Below, in pieces: positions 19,213 through 27,389 of a stretch of DNA of 32,000 nucleotides. Source of the DNA: Bacillus subtilis subsp. subtilis str. 168 (GTDB lineage: Bacteria > Bacillota > Bacilli > Bacillales > Bacillaceae); contig NC_000964.3 of the NCBI RefSeq assembly GCF_000009045.1, positions 2,640,001-2,672,000 of the forward strand, given 5' to 3'. Position 1 is the first letter of the stretch, and each line of letters opens with the position of its first letter. The notes beneath the pieces are model-generated. The model saw only the letters and a list, made by a program, of their open reading frames with translations. It did not search any database and was not told where the DNA came from. The position numbers and the translations under genes are program-made.

Positions 19213-20340
19213 TTGATATCAATCACATCAGCTGAAGTGGGAATGAAGATTAATGAATGGCATAGGCATATTCAAAAATTCAACGTAACTGATGCTGAAA
19301 TGTTAAAAGCTGAAATAGAACGTGATATAGAGGTTATGGAAGAAGATCAAGACTTGCTTATTTATTATCAACTAATGGCCTTTCGCCATAAAATTATGTT
19401 GGAATACACGCTGCCATCTGATGAAAACCGAATGGAACTTTCAGAATATTTAAATAAAATTGAGGGCCATAAGAAAAAATTAGACAATATGCGGGCATAT
19501 TATTATAACTTCTTCCGCGGGATGTATGAGTTTAGAAACGGTGAATACACAAGAGCCATTACATATTACAAAAAAGCTGAACGCAAAATTCCTACAATCT
19601 CCGACAAGATTGAAAAAGCTGAGTTTTATTTTAAACTGTCTGAAGTCTATTATCATATGAAAATGACACACATTTCGATGCATTACGCTGAGCTTTCATA
19701 CAACATTTATAAGAAACACGAGCTTTACTCTGTTCGTCGTATTCAGTGCCATTTTGTCATTGCCGGTAACTACGATGACCTTGAAAATCATGAAAAAGCT
19801 CTCCCCCACCTTCAAGAAGCTTTAAAAGGTGCCGAGCTGCTTAAAAGTAAAAATACTCATATCTATGCCACTGCGTTTTTCAATCTCGGCAATTGCTATC
19901 ACAAAATGGACAACTTAAATAAGGCTGCTCGTTACATCGAACAAGCCTTGGTTCAATACAGAAAAATTAACTCTGACGTACTTCCGCAAGCTTATCATGA
20001 CCTAGCGTTGATTTATTTTAAACAAGGCAAAAAAGAACAAGCAATGGATTGCTTCCGCAAAGGAATCAGAAGTGCTGTAGATTTTAAAGACGAACTATTT
20101 ATGAACTTATTTGAAGCATTAGACGTTCTTTATATAAGAAATGGCGATACACCTAAACTTCTCAACATTTTTTCTCGTTTAGAGAACGGCAAAGGATACC
20201 CTTATCTGGAAGAGCTGGCATTGTTAGGAGGCAACCTTTTCGATTATAATGGAAAAATAGAGGATAGTATCATCTGTTTCAAGAAGATGGTATATGCTCA
20301 AAAGCAAATATCGAAAGGGGAATGCATGTATGAAATCTAA
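19213..20340 (+). CDS. rapE: RapE response-regulator aspartate phosphatase (TPR protein, TTG start)
   Basis: 375 aa from TTG at 19213; Rap N-terminus VGMKINEWHRHIQKFNVTDAEMLKAEIERDIEVMEEDQDLLIYYQLMAFRH and TPR repeats. Confidence 0.94.
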   Translation: MISITSAEVGMKINEWHRHIQKFNVTDAEMLKAEIERDIEVMEEDQDLLIYYQLMAFRHKIMLEYTLPSDENRMELSEYLNKIEGHKKKLDNMRAYYYNFFRGMYEFRNGEYTRAITYYKKAERKIPTISDKIEKAEFYFKLSEVYYHMKMTHISMHYAELSYNIYKKHELYSVRRIQCHFVIAGNYDDLENHEKALPHLQEALKGAELLKSKNTHIYATAFFNLGNCYHKMDNLNKAARYIEQALVQYRKINSDVLPQAYHDLALIYFKQGKKEQAMDCFRKGIRSAVDFKDELFMNLFEALDVLYIRNGDTPKLLNIFSRLENGKGYPYLEELALLGGNLFDYNGKIEDSIICFKKMVYAQKQISKGECMYEI

Positions 20341-20464
20341 ATTGTTTATCAGTTTATCCGCCGTTTTAATTGGACTTGCCTTTTTCGGATCTATGTATAA
20401 TGGCGAAATGAAGGAAGCATCCCGGAATGTAACTCTCGCACCTACTCATGAATTCCTTGTTTAA
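20330..20464 (+). CDS. phrE: PhrE pre-pro signalling peptide (44 aa)
   Basis: MKSKLFISLSAVLIGLAFFGSMYNGEMKEASRNVTLAPTHEFLV*; starts within the rapE 3' end. Not in the ORF track. Confidence 0.93.
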   Translation: MKSKLFISLSAVLIGLAFFGSMYNGEMKEASRNVTLAPTHEFLV

Positions 20465-20496
20465 TTCGATAAACAACATTAGTTCTGATTCCCTTT

Positions 20497-20518
20497 AGCC
20501 GTTTCATAACGGCTTTTT
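20497..20518 (+). terminator. Intrinsic terminator of rapE-phrE
   Basis: AGCCGTT-TCAT-AACGGCT followed by TTTTCT. Confidence 0.85.
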
Positions 20519-20573
20519 CTTATTTCTAATACTGAAAAAATCTATCATACTTAAAGCTTTTGAGGTGAACATT

Positions 20574-20986
20574 TTGGACTTATTTGATGAATGCTTAGAA
20601 GCTCTAGGGAAAAACAAAGAAATCTTATCAGAAGAATTAACGGCAAAATATTATGAACTGCTTTCAAACAGTTTTCCCTTACATCTTGGGGACGAATCAA
20701 GTGGGAAGAAGTTTGTTGTCATCAATCTATAGATTACGAGGAAGAGATTTACGATTGGCTAGCTAAACACCATTTTAAAGATAGGAACATTATTATTCTT
20801 TGGGGTTACGGAGAACAGCCAGCATTAAAAACCAGTCTTGAGCATGCATTAAACGTAATTGATGATGTAACTGCCGTTGGATCGGATACTTTTATGTTTA
20901 GTGAATCTGGCTACGTTATCGAATTTTTTCATGATGGCGATGTTACAATTGGAAAGTCCCCTTTCATTGAAAGGATTAACAAATAG
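20574..20986 (+). pseudogene. Frameshifted small acidic protein, possible immunity-type gene
   Basis: TTG start frame reads LDLFDECLEALGKNKEILSEELTAKYYELLSNSFPLHLGDESS..., then the frame shifts at about 20692-20702 into KWEEVCCHQSIDYEEEIYDWLAKHHFKDRNIIILWGYGEQPALKTSLEHALNVIDDVTAVGSDTFMFSESGYVIEFFHDGDVTIGKSPFIERINK*. Total 413 nt, one short of 138 codons. Confidence 0.75.
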
Positions 20987-21101
20987 GTAAAATGACACAG
21001 ATCGAATGATTCATTTCCACCATTTGATCCACATAACAGTTAGTTTCATCATTCTTCCATGGTAATATTTTGTTATGACGATTAAATGAAAGGATATGAT
21101 C

Positions 21102-22697
21102 ATGAAAGTATTTGAAGCCAAAACCTTGCTCACCGAGGCTGAAAAGCGAGCACAGGAATACAAAGATTTAAAAAGTAAAATGGTCAAATTAAAGAAAGCG
21201 TTCAAAGCTGTTGCAGATTTAGATGATAGCGAGTTTTCAGGCAAAGGCGCTAATAACATTAAATCATTTTATGAAGATCAAGCTGGCATTGCTGACCAAT
21301 GGATTGATTTAATTGAGATGAAAATTTCTTTCTTAACGAGTATTCCTGGTTTTTTAGAAGATGCCAACTTATCAGATGCCTACATAGAAGAAACCTTTTT
21401 AGCGCATGAGCTTGCTAACGCCTACACCAAATCAAAATCCATTATGTCTGAACAGAAAAAAGCCATGAAAGATATATTAAATGATATCAACGATATACTG
21501 CCTTTGGATCTGTTCTCGACAGAAACTTTTAAAAATGAACTTTCGTCTGCCGAAAAGAAACGAAAAGAAGCCATTGAGAAAATGGATGAAGTTGACCAAA
21601 ACTTAACATCAGAATACGGACTATCAGAAGCAAATGAACAAATGATTCAAGCTGATTATCAAGCTTTAATGAATGCGACAGCAAAAGGCAAAAGCGCCTC
21701 TCCTATTCACTATAATGCGAAGGCTTATAGAGACAGTGAGATTCACAAGATGACTGAGGATGTAAAGAAACAATCAACAGACTACATCTCTTTTAAGGAC
21801 CAACAGGCGGAACAAAGAAGAATTGCAAAAGAACAAGAAGAACTGGCGAACAGACCATGGTATGAAAAGTCTTGGGATGCTGTTTGTAATTTTACAGGAG
21901 AGGTCTCTGGATATTATGATTATAAAAGAGCCGCTGATGGGGTTGATCCTGTTACCGGCGAAAAGCTAACTGCTGGACAACGGGTCGCTGCCGGTGCAAT
22001 GGCTGCGGCAGGATACATCCCTATCGTAGGATGGGCAGGTAAATTAGCTAAAGGTGGAAAAGCTGTTTATTCAACAAGTAAAGCATTGTATAGAGCAGAC
22101 AAAGCTCTCGATGTATATAAAACACCTAAGACATTCCATGCCCTTCAAAACTCCAGCAAAGGACTTTATGGACTTGCTTCTGCAAATGGTTTTAGTGAAG
22201 CTATAACAGGACGCGATATGTTCGGGAATAAAGTCTCCAAAGAGAGGCAAGAACAGAGCCTTAGTGGTGCAATGGCAATGTTGGTTCCTTTCGGAGCTCG
22301 CGGAATTAACAAAAAGCTTAATGCAAAATCAAGTTCTCGAGTTAGCGAAGCATCGACTAACACCAGCAAAAAACCTAAAGTTCCTAAAACGTACAAAAGA
22401 CCAACTTATTTCCGTAAAGGCGTTAGAGATAAGGTTTGGGAAAATGCTAAGGATTCAACCGGATCTGTTAAAGACCCGTTAACAAAACAAGTAATGAAAA
22501 AAGATGAACCATGGGATATGGGTCATAAACCAGGTTATGAATTTAGAAAACATCAACAAAGTGCGATGGAAAGAAATATTAGTCGAAAGCAATTTTTAGA
22601 TGAACATAATAATCCAGACCACTATCAACCCGAATTACCTTCCTCCAATAGGAGTCATAAAGGGGAAGATATGACGGATGATTACTTTGGAGATTAA
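21102..22697 (+). CDS. yqcG: LXG-domain polymorphic toxin with C-terminal HNH/EndoVII-type nuclease (GH-E-like)
   Basis: N-terminal [40 protein letters not shown] (LXG); pretoxin linker [41 protein letters not shown]; C-terminal [53 protein letters not shown]. Confidence 0.93.
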   Translation: MKVFEAKTLLTEAEKRAQEYKDLKSKMVKLKKAFKAVADLDDSEFSGKGANNIKSFYEDQAGIADQWIDLIEMKISFLTSIPGFLEDANLSDAYIEETFLAHELANAYTKSKSIMSEQKKAMKDILNDINDILPLDLFSTETFKNELSSAEKKRKEAIEKMDEVDQNLTSEYGLSEANEQMIQADYQALMNATAKGKSASPIHYNAKAYRDSEIHKMTEDVKKQSTDYISFKDQQAEQRRIAKEQEELANRPWYEKSWDAVCNFTGEVSGYYDYKRAADGVDPVTGEKLTAGQRVAAGAMAAAGYIPIVGWAGKLAKGGKAVYSTSKALYRADKALDVYKTPKTFHALQNSSKGLYGLASANGFSEAITGRDMFGNKVSKERQEQSLSGAMAMLVPFGARGINKKLNAKSSSRVSEASTNTSKKPKVPKTYKRPTYFRKGVRDKVWENAKDSTGSVKDPLTKQVMKKDEPWDMGHKPGYEFRKHQQSAMERNISRKQFLDEHNNPDHYQPELPSSNRSHKGEDMTDDYFGD

Positions 22698-22711
22698 GGA
22701 GAGATTGTCTA

Positions 22712-23290
22712 ATGGGCGTAACACAAGAAAATAAAGTAATTGCTAGAACAGTTTTAGGAGCTTTTGGGGGGAAACCGAAGGTTACGAAATATTGGGATGA
22801 TAACAAGAATAGCAGCATAGATATTTTATCGGTTAGTGACCAGCCTCAGGAAGGTATCACGTCATATTCAACTCTAGGTTTGTCGGATCATTCTATTAAT
22901 TATGAGGTGAATGGCACTCCGTTGCGGATAGAAATCGTAGCTGCAATGGAGTCAGCTTCAGACATATATGCTAATGTTTTATCAACTTGTGCCTTTAATA
23001 TAATCAACTCAAATTTCACTTGTGCACCAGGTGTTATTTTTAAAAATGTGATTAGTATGTATGATCAGGAAACCGACATGAAACATATTATGTTCGTTCC
23101 CCCATTTTTATGGGAGGAAGATTTAGAACTACTTGAATTTAGTAACAAAAATGTTACTTGGCTAATGGCTTTACCTATATCCGAAGGAGAATTGCAAGTA
23201 GCTGAAAAACACGGCTCAGATTATTTACAAGATCTTCTGGAATCAAAACAGATTGATATTTTTGATATAAAGAGAGAATCTGTTGTTTAA
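22712..23290 (+). CDS. yqcF: Cognate immunity protein (SUFU/suppressor-of-fused family)
   Basis: 192 aa immediately downstream of the LXG toxin; EGITSYSTLGLSDHSI, RIEIVAAMESASD, MFVPPFLWEEDLELLEF (SUFU-like). Confidence 0.88.
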   Translation: MGVTQENKVIARTVLGAFGGKPKVTKYWDDNKNSSIDILSVSDQPQEGITSYSTLGLSDHSINYEVNGTPLRIEIVAAMESASDIYANVLSTCAFNIINSNFTCAPGVIFKNVISMYDQETDMKHIMFVPPFLWEEDLELLEFSNKNVTWLMALPISEGELQVAEKHGSDYLQDLLESKQIDIFDIKRESVV

Positions 23291-23316
23291 TGACTTTAAT
23301 AAAGAAGAGTCACTTT

Positions 23317-23346
23317 ATAAGCCCCTCTCAATGAGAAGGGCTTATT
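23317..23346 (+). terminator. Terminator of yqcG-yqcF
   Basis: ATAAGCCCCT...AGGGGCTTAT followed by TTTATTTAA. Confidence 0.85.
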
Positions 23347-23407
23347 TTATTTAATTTGAAATCAGCTGCAAATAATAGAAGAAAATGACTGAGGTAAGGA
23401 GAATTCT

Positions 23408-23554
23408 ATGATTAATGAAGAAAAACACACAAACCCTCAAGCTAATAACAATATATTTGGAAGGATAGATACCTGGTATTCTGTTCATAGGAGTTCGAAC
23501 TTGAGGGAAAATAAAGAAAGACCAGCTTATTATGTGGCTGGTCCTTATCTTTAA
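23408..23554 (+). CDS. 48 aa small ORF convergent with yqxJ
   Basis: AAGGAG SD, then MINEEKHTNPQANNNIFGRIDTWYSVHRSSNLRENKERPAYYVAGPYL*; 147 nt. Not in the ORF track. Confidence 0.5.
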   Translation: MINEEKHTNPQANNNIFGRIDTWYSVHRSSNLRENKERPAYYVAGPYL

Positions 23555-23913
23555 TTAAAGAAATGGTTATGTAAAGCTTTAGAAAATCCAAAACCTTCTT
23601 CTGGTCCCTTTAACCAGAGAGAAATAAACTTTTCGAAATCCACTTCTTTTTCAATATCTTTCAAAATTCTTTTAAATTCTTCAGTAAAGTTATGAAGAGA
23701 GACCTCTTCGCCATTTTTAATCTTATCAGTGTACTGGCTCGTTAACTCTCTTAATTCTTGATACTGTTTTTCACTTAAATCATAGGCCAAAACTTGATCA
23801 AATAAGCCAAACCGATCATAATCAGCTGCTAATTGTTGGACTAACCTTAGTTGAAAAGCCTGCTTCTCGACTTTTTTTTCTAGGTTGTCAAGCCTTTCTT
23901 CTACTGTTACCAA
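23551..23913 (-). CDS. yqxJ: YqxJ, small cytosolic coiled-coil-like protein (DUF1878-like)
   Basis: 120 aa MVTVEERLDNLEKKVEKQAFQLRLVQQLAADYDRFGLFDQVLAYDLSEKQYQEL. Confidence 0.85.
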   Translation of the reverse strand: MVTVEERLDNLEKKVEKQAFQLRLVQQLAADYDRFGLFDQVLAYDLSEKQYQELRELTSQYTDKIKNGEEVSLHNFTEEFKRILKDIEKEVDFEKFISLWLKGPEEGFGFSKALHNHFFN

Positions 23914-23928
23914 TTCAAATCACCTCAA

Positions 23929-24408
23929 TTAAAAAGCTAAGAAAGTAAATACACTTGCAATAGTTCTAGCTGTAGAAGATTTTACACCAGCATCAATTAG
24001 ATATGAGGAAACCGTGTCAATAATTGCGTCCTCCACAACGTCACCTCGTTTAACTAACTCGTCCAAAGCATCTGCTACATCATCAGTATGTTTTGCGAAT
24101 GTTTTTCCTGCTGATCCACCTAACTCATCGACTACCTCACCAACAATTCTCCCACCATGTCGAAGCGCACTGGCTGTTGCCTTCATTGCTTCTTTAGCAA
24201 TCCATTTTTTAATACCATTTGTGTGAAATTCACCAGATTGTTCAGTTGTATTAGTTGGTAATTCGGATAGTTTAACGGGAGTTTGATAAGTGACTTCCTG
24301 CTGTGCCTGTAATGTTACCTCTTGAGCTTTGGCATGTCCATCCAACGGAAGAACTAATGATAAAGAGAATGTTAATGCAGATGTTGCTAAAAGTAATTTC
24401 TTAAACAT
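23929..24408 (-). CDS. yqxI: YqxI, predicted secreted protein
   Basis: 159 aa with signal peptide MFKKLLLATSALTFSLSLVLPLDGHAKAQ; directly upstream of yqxJ. Confidence 0.85.
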   Translation of the reverse strand: MFKKLLLATSALTFSLSLVLPLDGHAKAQEVTLQAQQEVTYQTPVKLSELPTNTTEQSGEFHTNGIKKWIAKEAMKATASALRHGGRIVGEVVDELGGSAGKTFAKHTDDVADALDELVKRGDVVEDAIIDTVSSYLIDAGVKSSTARTIASVFTFLAF

Positions 24409-24537
24409 GAAATCAATCCCTTTCTTTTAAATTATTTACATGTAAATGATAACATTATGTTCAGACTAGAAAAATAATACTTTTTACTCAAATATTAGAA
24501 TAATTTTGAACTATCTGTAACAAAATAAACATAAGTA

Positions 24538-24564
24538 TCTCCTTGAGAAAGATACTCAAGGAGA
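24538..24564 (-). terminator. Hairpin downstream of cwlA
   Basis: 10-bp perfect stem TCTCCTTGAG / CTCAAGGAGA with 7-nt loop between cwlA and yqxI. U-tract is weak. Confidence 0.5.
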
Positions 24565-24572
24565 CTATTTAT

Positions 24573-25391
24573 TTACTTCAAGAGAGCTTCAAGTTTCGCT
24601 TTCGTTTTTGGTCCGTAAATACCGTCTTGAGTAAGCCCGTACATAGACTGGAATCGTCTAATTGCATCTGCTGTTTTCGGACCATACACGCCGTCAATGC
24701 CGTTGTTTTTTGCTCCTTTATCCGGGTAAAAGTATAGTGCAGCCAGTGCTTTTTGAATTTGTGTTACCTTTTCCCCTCTCATCATTGGGCTCTTCACTTT
24801 AAAAATACCGGATGGTAGCGCATATGACGTTTTTTTGCTGCTTGTGTTTGTTGTTTTCTTTTTAGCTACACTTGCTTTGCTTGAGTTTGTTTTTCCGCCC
24901 AACTTTTTCAATTCTGCTTCAATTGCAGTCTTAACTTGAATCCATCTTCCCTCTGACAAAATGCGGTGCGGGCAATACTTACCATTCCAGTCTTGATGTT
25001 TGCGGACTCGATCAATACCCCATCCACGTTCTTTAAGTAGCTGAGCCACAAACTTAATAGCAAGCTTTTCCGCTGCCTTATATCGTACCCCTCCTGACTT
25101 GCTATAACAAATTTCGACACCAATAGACTTGCGATTCCCTGTACCGTTTGTTCCATCTCCTGTGTGCCAAGCGTTACGATTCGTTGGAATACCTTGAATG
25201 ACTTGTTTATCGTCTACTGCAAAGTGAAAACTTGTTGAGCTAGAGTTATTCTTCATGTAAGAAATCTCATTGGCTGCTGAAGCATCATTCGCAGTGTTAT
25301 GAATAGTGATATATTCAGCTTTCATTGGATTAGGACATTTCAATCCATACTTTGATTTAGAGACTAGATTCTTTACAACTTTAATGGCCAT
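24573..25391 (-). CDS. cwlA: Phage-type N-acetylmuramoyl-L-alanine amidase (endolysin)
   Basis: 272 aa; EYITIHNTANDASAANE, SFHFAVDD, GDGTNGTGNRKSIGVEIC; C-terminal peptidoglycan-binding domain; next to the holin gene. Confidence 0.96.
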   Translation of the reverse strand: MAIKVVKNLVSKSKYGLKCPNPMKAEYITIHNTANDASAANEISYMKNNSSSTSFHFAVDDKQVIQGIPTNRNAWHTGDGTNGTGNRKSIGVEICYSKSGGVRYKAAEKLAIKFVAQLLKERGWGIDRVRKHQDWNGKYCPHRILSEGRWIQVKTAIEAELKKLGGKTNSSKASVAKKKTTNTSSKKTSYALPSGIFKVKSPMMRGEKVTQIQKALAALYFYPDKGAKNNGIDGVYGPKTADAIRRFQSMYGLTQDGIYGPKTKAKLEALLK

Positions 25392-25424
25392 ATACCCTCT
25401 CTCCTTCTGTCAGTAAGATAAAAA

Positions 25425-25449
25425 AAGCCACTGGCTTAGCCAGCAGCTT
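25425..25449 (-). terminator. Terminator-like hairpin overlapping the yqxH stop codon
   Basis: Minus strand AAGCTGCTGGC-TAA-GCCAGTGGCTT, 11-bp stem with two G:U pairs, followed by TTTTTATC. Confidence 0.6.
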
Positions 25450-25858
25450 TGTCTGCGTTATTCTTACTCTGTTCTTTTTCGTTCTCAATTGTTTGTAATC
25501 GATCTGTTATTGATGATGGTATTTTAACACCAATCTGTGCTAAGTTTTCAGTTATTGACAAACCTTCATTAGCGATATAAAAAAGAACGGTACCAAAGGT
25601 TAAGACACCGTTCAAATTGAGTACTGTATCAATCACGTTTGCTAAAATGACCGCAAAGAAATTGAGTAGCTTGCGGACATAGCCAAACCATGCGCTTCGA
25701 CTTCGCAGTTTTTTGAATTTCCATGCCTTGATTACTCCTGTTAAAACGTCAATTATGCTAAGTACTAGAAGTAAATCAAGGTACTTCACCCCTCCAAATA
25801 AATATACTCTTGCTAAATCTAATGTTTCAAAATTGATAAACAAACTTGTCTCCTCCAT
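25436..25858 (-). CDS. yqxH: Phage holin (phi29/toxin-secretion holin family)
   Basis: MEETSLFINFETLDLARVYLFGGVKYLDLLLVLSIIDVLTGVIKAWKFKKLRSRSAWFGYVRKLLNFFAVILANVID. Confidence 0.94.
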   Translation of the reverse strand: MEETSLFINFETLDLARVYLFGGVKYLDLLLVLSIIDVLTGVIKAWKFKKLRSRSAWFGYVRKLLNFFAVILANVIDTVLNLNGVLTFGTVLFYIANEGLSITENLAQIGVKIPSSITDRLQTIENEKEQSKNNADKAAG

Positions 25859-25902
25859 TCTAATCACCTCCTCCGAGGCAAATAAAAAAGGACAGCCGGA
25901 TC

Positions 25903-26796
25903 TTATGAGACGGCCGTCCCTCTAACTGAAAAGTTTCCATTTGTTAAAGCTGTAAGCTCCATAACAATTTCTTTAAAGCCAGTAATGCTAAAAGACCAAG
26001 CTTCTGATTTTCCTTTTGTGCTAGTGGCAAACGTTCCGTCATCCACTTTCTGCCCTCTAAGGGCTCTTTTTGTTCCCGATAAGGATTTACCCCAGAACTT
26101 CAATTCACTTGTCTCAGCCGTCCCATAAACCTCAATGAGCAACGTTTTGAATGATCCAACGGTGAATGGGTTACCCTCACCTATGGTTTCTGTTTTATCG
26201 TGAAAGACAATATCCATTGTTTTTGATTGAGTGTCTAATGAGCTAAGATTCAAGCCTTCAGTTTGAACTTTTAAACGACCATCATTAGTTAACCCGCTTT
26301 TATCTAACTGGACTGAGAACGGAGCAACTGCTGTAATAGGAACAGTATGGTTAATGTTTATATCCTCTTCACCTGCGCCCAATGACTGGTAAAGTAAGAA
26401 TTCAGATTGCTGCAGGTTACCATTTGCGTATCTGAAACGGAAATATCGTTTAGTTAAATGAATCCACTCAGTCTCGCCAAGCGTATTTGCTTTAACAACC
26501 AATGAAGAGATTGTGGTCCATGAATTCATATCGTTACTTTCTTCAATGAATAAGGTACCTTCACGATCAGAATAAGCGTGACCTTTTACTTTTGAAATTA
26601 AAACCTGACCTAATCGATCTTGTCCATATTGCGTGTAGACTTCAGTGGCTTTTAAAACTGCGTTCGTCAGCAGCTCTGAATTACCGGAGATTGAAGCTAC
26701 CGGCACAACAAAATCTCTGTTTCCTTCTCTGTATGGCTTGGCTGCCCCCGGCTTACCAGTTGCATCTGTTGAAAATTGAAAACTATATGATGCCAT
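25903..26796 (-). CDS. yqxG: YqxG, XepA-like phage protein
   Basis: 297 aa MASYSFQFSTDATGKPGAAKPYREGNRDFVVPVASISGNSELL...; immediately upstream of the holin. Confidence 0.85.
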   Translation of the reverse strand: MASYSFQFSTDATGKPGAAKPYREGNRDFVVPVASISGNSELLTNAVLKATEVYTQYGQDRLGQVLISKVKGHAYSDREGTLFIEESNDMNSWTTISSLVVKANTLGETEWIHLTKRYFRFRYANGNLQQSEFLLYQSLGAGEEDININHTVPITAVAPFSVQLDKSGLTNDGRLKVQTEGLNLSSLDTQSKTMDIVFHDKTETIGEGNPFTVGSFKTLLIEVYGTAETSELKFWGKSLSGTKRALRGQKVDDGTFATSTKGKSEAWSFSITGFKEIVMELTALTNGNFSVRGTAVS

Positions 26797-26869
26797 TATA
26801 AATCCTCCTTGCTATTGTAGATCATTAGTGGTGAGCATGGGTTTACAACGGAACCACCTCCTTTAAGGA

Positions 26870-26894
26870 AAAATAAAAAAGCCCTAAATGGCTT
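26870..26894 (-). terminator. Short intergenic hairpin plus T-tract between yqcE and yqxG
   Basis: Minus strand AAGCC-ATTTAG-GGCTT followed by TTTTATTTTTC; overlaps the yqcE stop. Confidence 0.45.
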
Positions 26895-27048
26895 CTCCTG
26901 TGATCTCTTTATACTGTTCAGCTGTAATGAGTTTTTTCTCTATTCCTTCCTGTAAATCTTCGGGCGAACAATCTTTGAGATGAATTGCCTGTTTCACCAT
27001 TTCAGAAGAAGCCCAGTTATAATGCAAAGCCAGCACCCAATAATTCAT
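26884..27048 (-). CDS. yqcE: XkdX-family small phage protein
   Basis: 54 aa MNYWVLALHYNWASSEMVKQAIHLKDCSPEDLQEGIEKKLITAEQYKEITGEAI*; ATGA overlap with yqcD. Not in the ORF track. Confidence 0.88.
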   Translation of the reverse strand: MNYWVLALHYNWASSEMVKQAIHLKDCSPEDLQEGIEKKLITAEQYKEITGEAI

Positions 27049-27380
27049 GAACCTTGCCCTCCTTGTAGAGTAAGCAGTTGCAACTTTATTTTTGAAAGCT
27101 CGCTTCCCAAAGTTTGGTTTAATTCTTCAAGCTGTTTACGAGCCAGTTTTTCCTGTGACAACTCTCTTGCAAGTAGATCCACTTGAACTGGTGGTTCATA
27201 TGCAGATGTACTCTGAAGCTCTTCCCACCAAGTTTTTAACTCTGCTTCCGTGGGTATAGGTGCCCTAATATTCCACTCTGCTATATATGAGGGAGTTCCA
27301 TCACCATTATTCTGGACAATAAAATCCTTTGTGGGATCAGCTGTTGGGTATTTAAAAAGAATAGCTTCACCTATATTCAT
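27045..27380 (-). CDS. yqcD: XkdW-like phage protein
   Basis: 111 aa MNIGEAILFKYPTADPTKDFIVQNNGDGTPSYIAEWNI; position in PBSX-like module. Confidence 0.85.
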   Translation of the reverse strand: MNIGEAILFKYPTADPTKDFIVQNNGDGTPSYIAEWNIRAPIPTEAELKTWWEELQSTSAYEPPVQVDLLARELSQEKLARKQLEELNQTLGSELSKIKLQLLTLQGGQGS

Positions 27381-27389
27381 CGTTACCTC

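Noticed and set aside
21011-21259. 82 aa minus-strand ORF opposite the yqcG start
   Set aside because: Antisense to the LXG domain coding sequence; no independent support.
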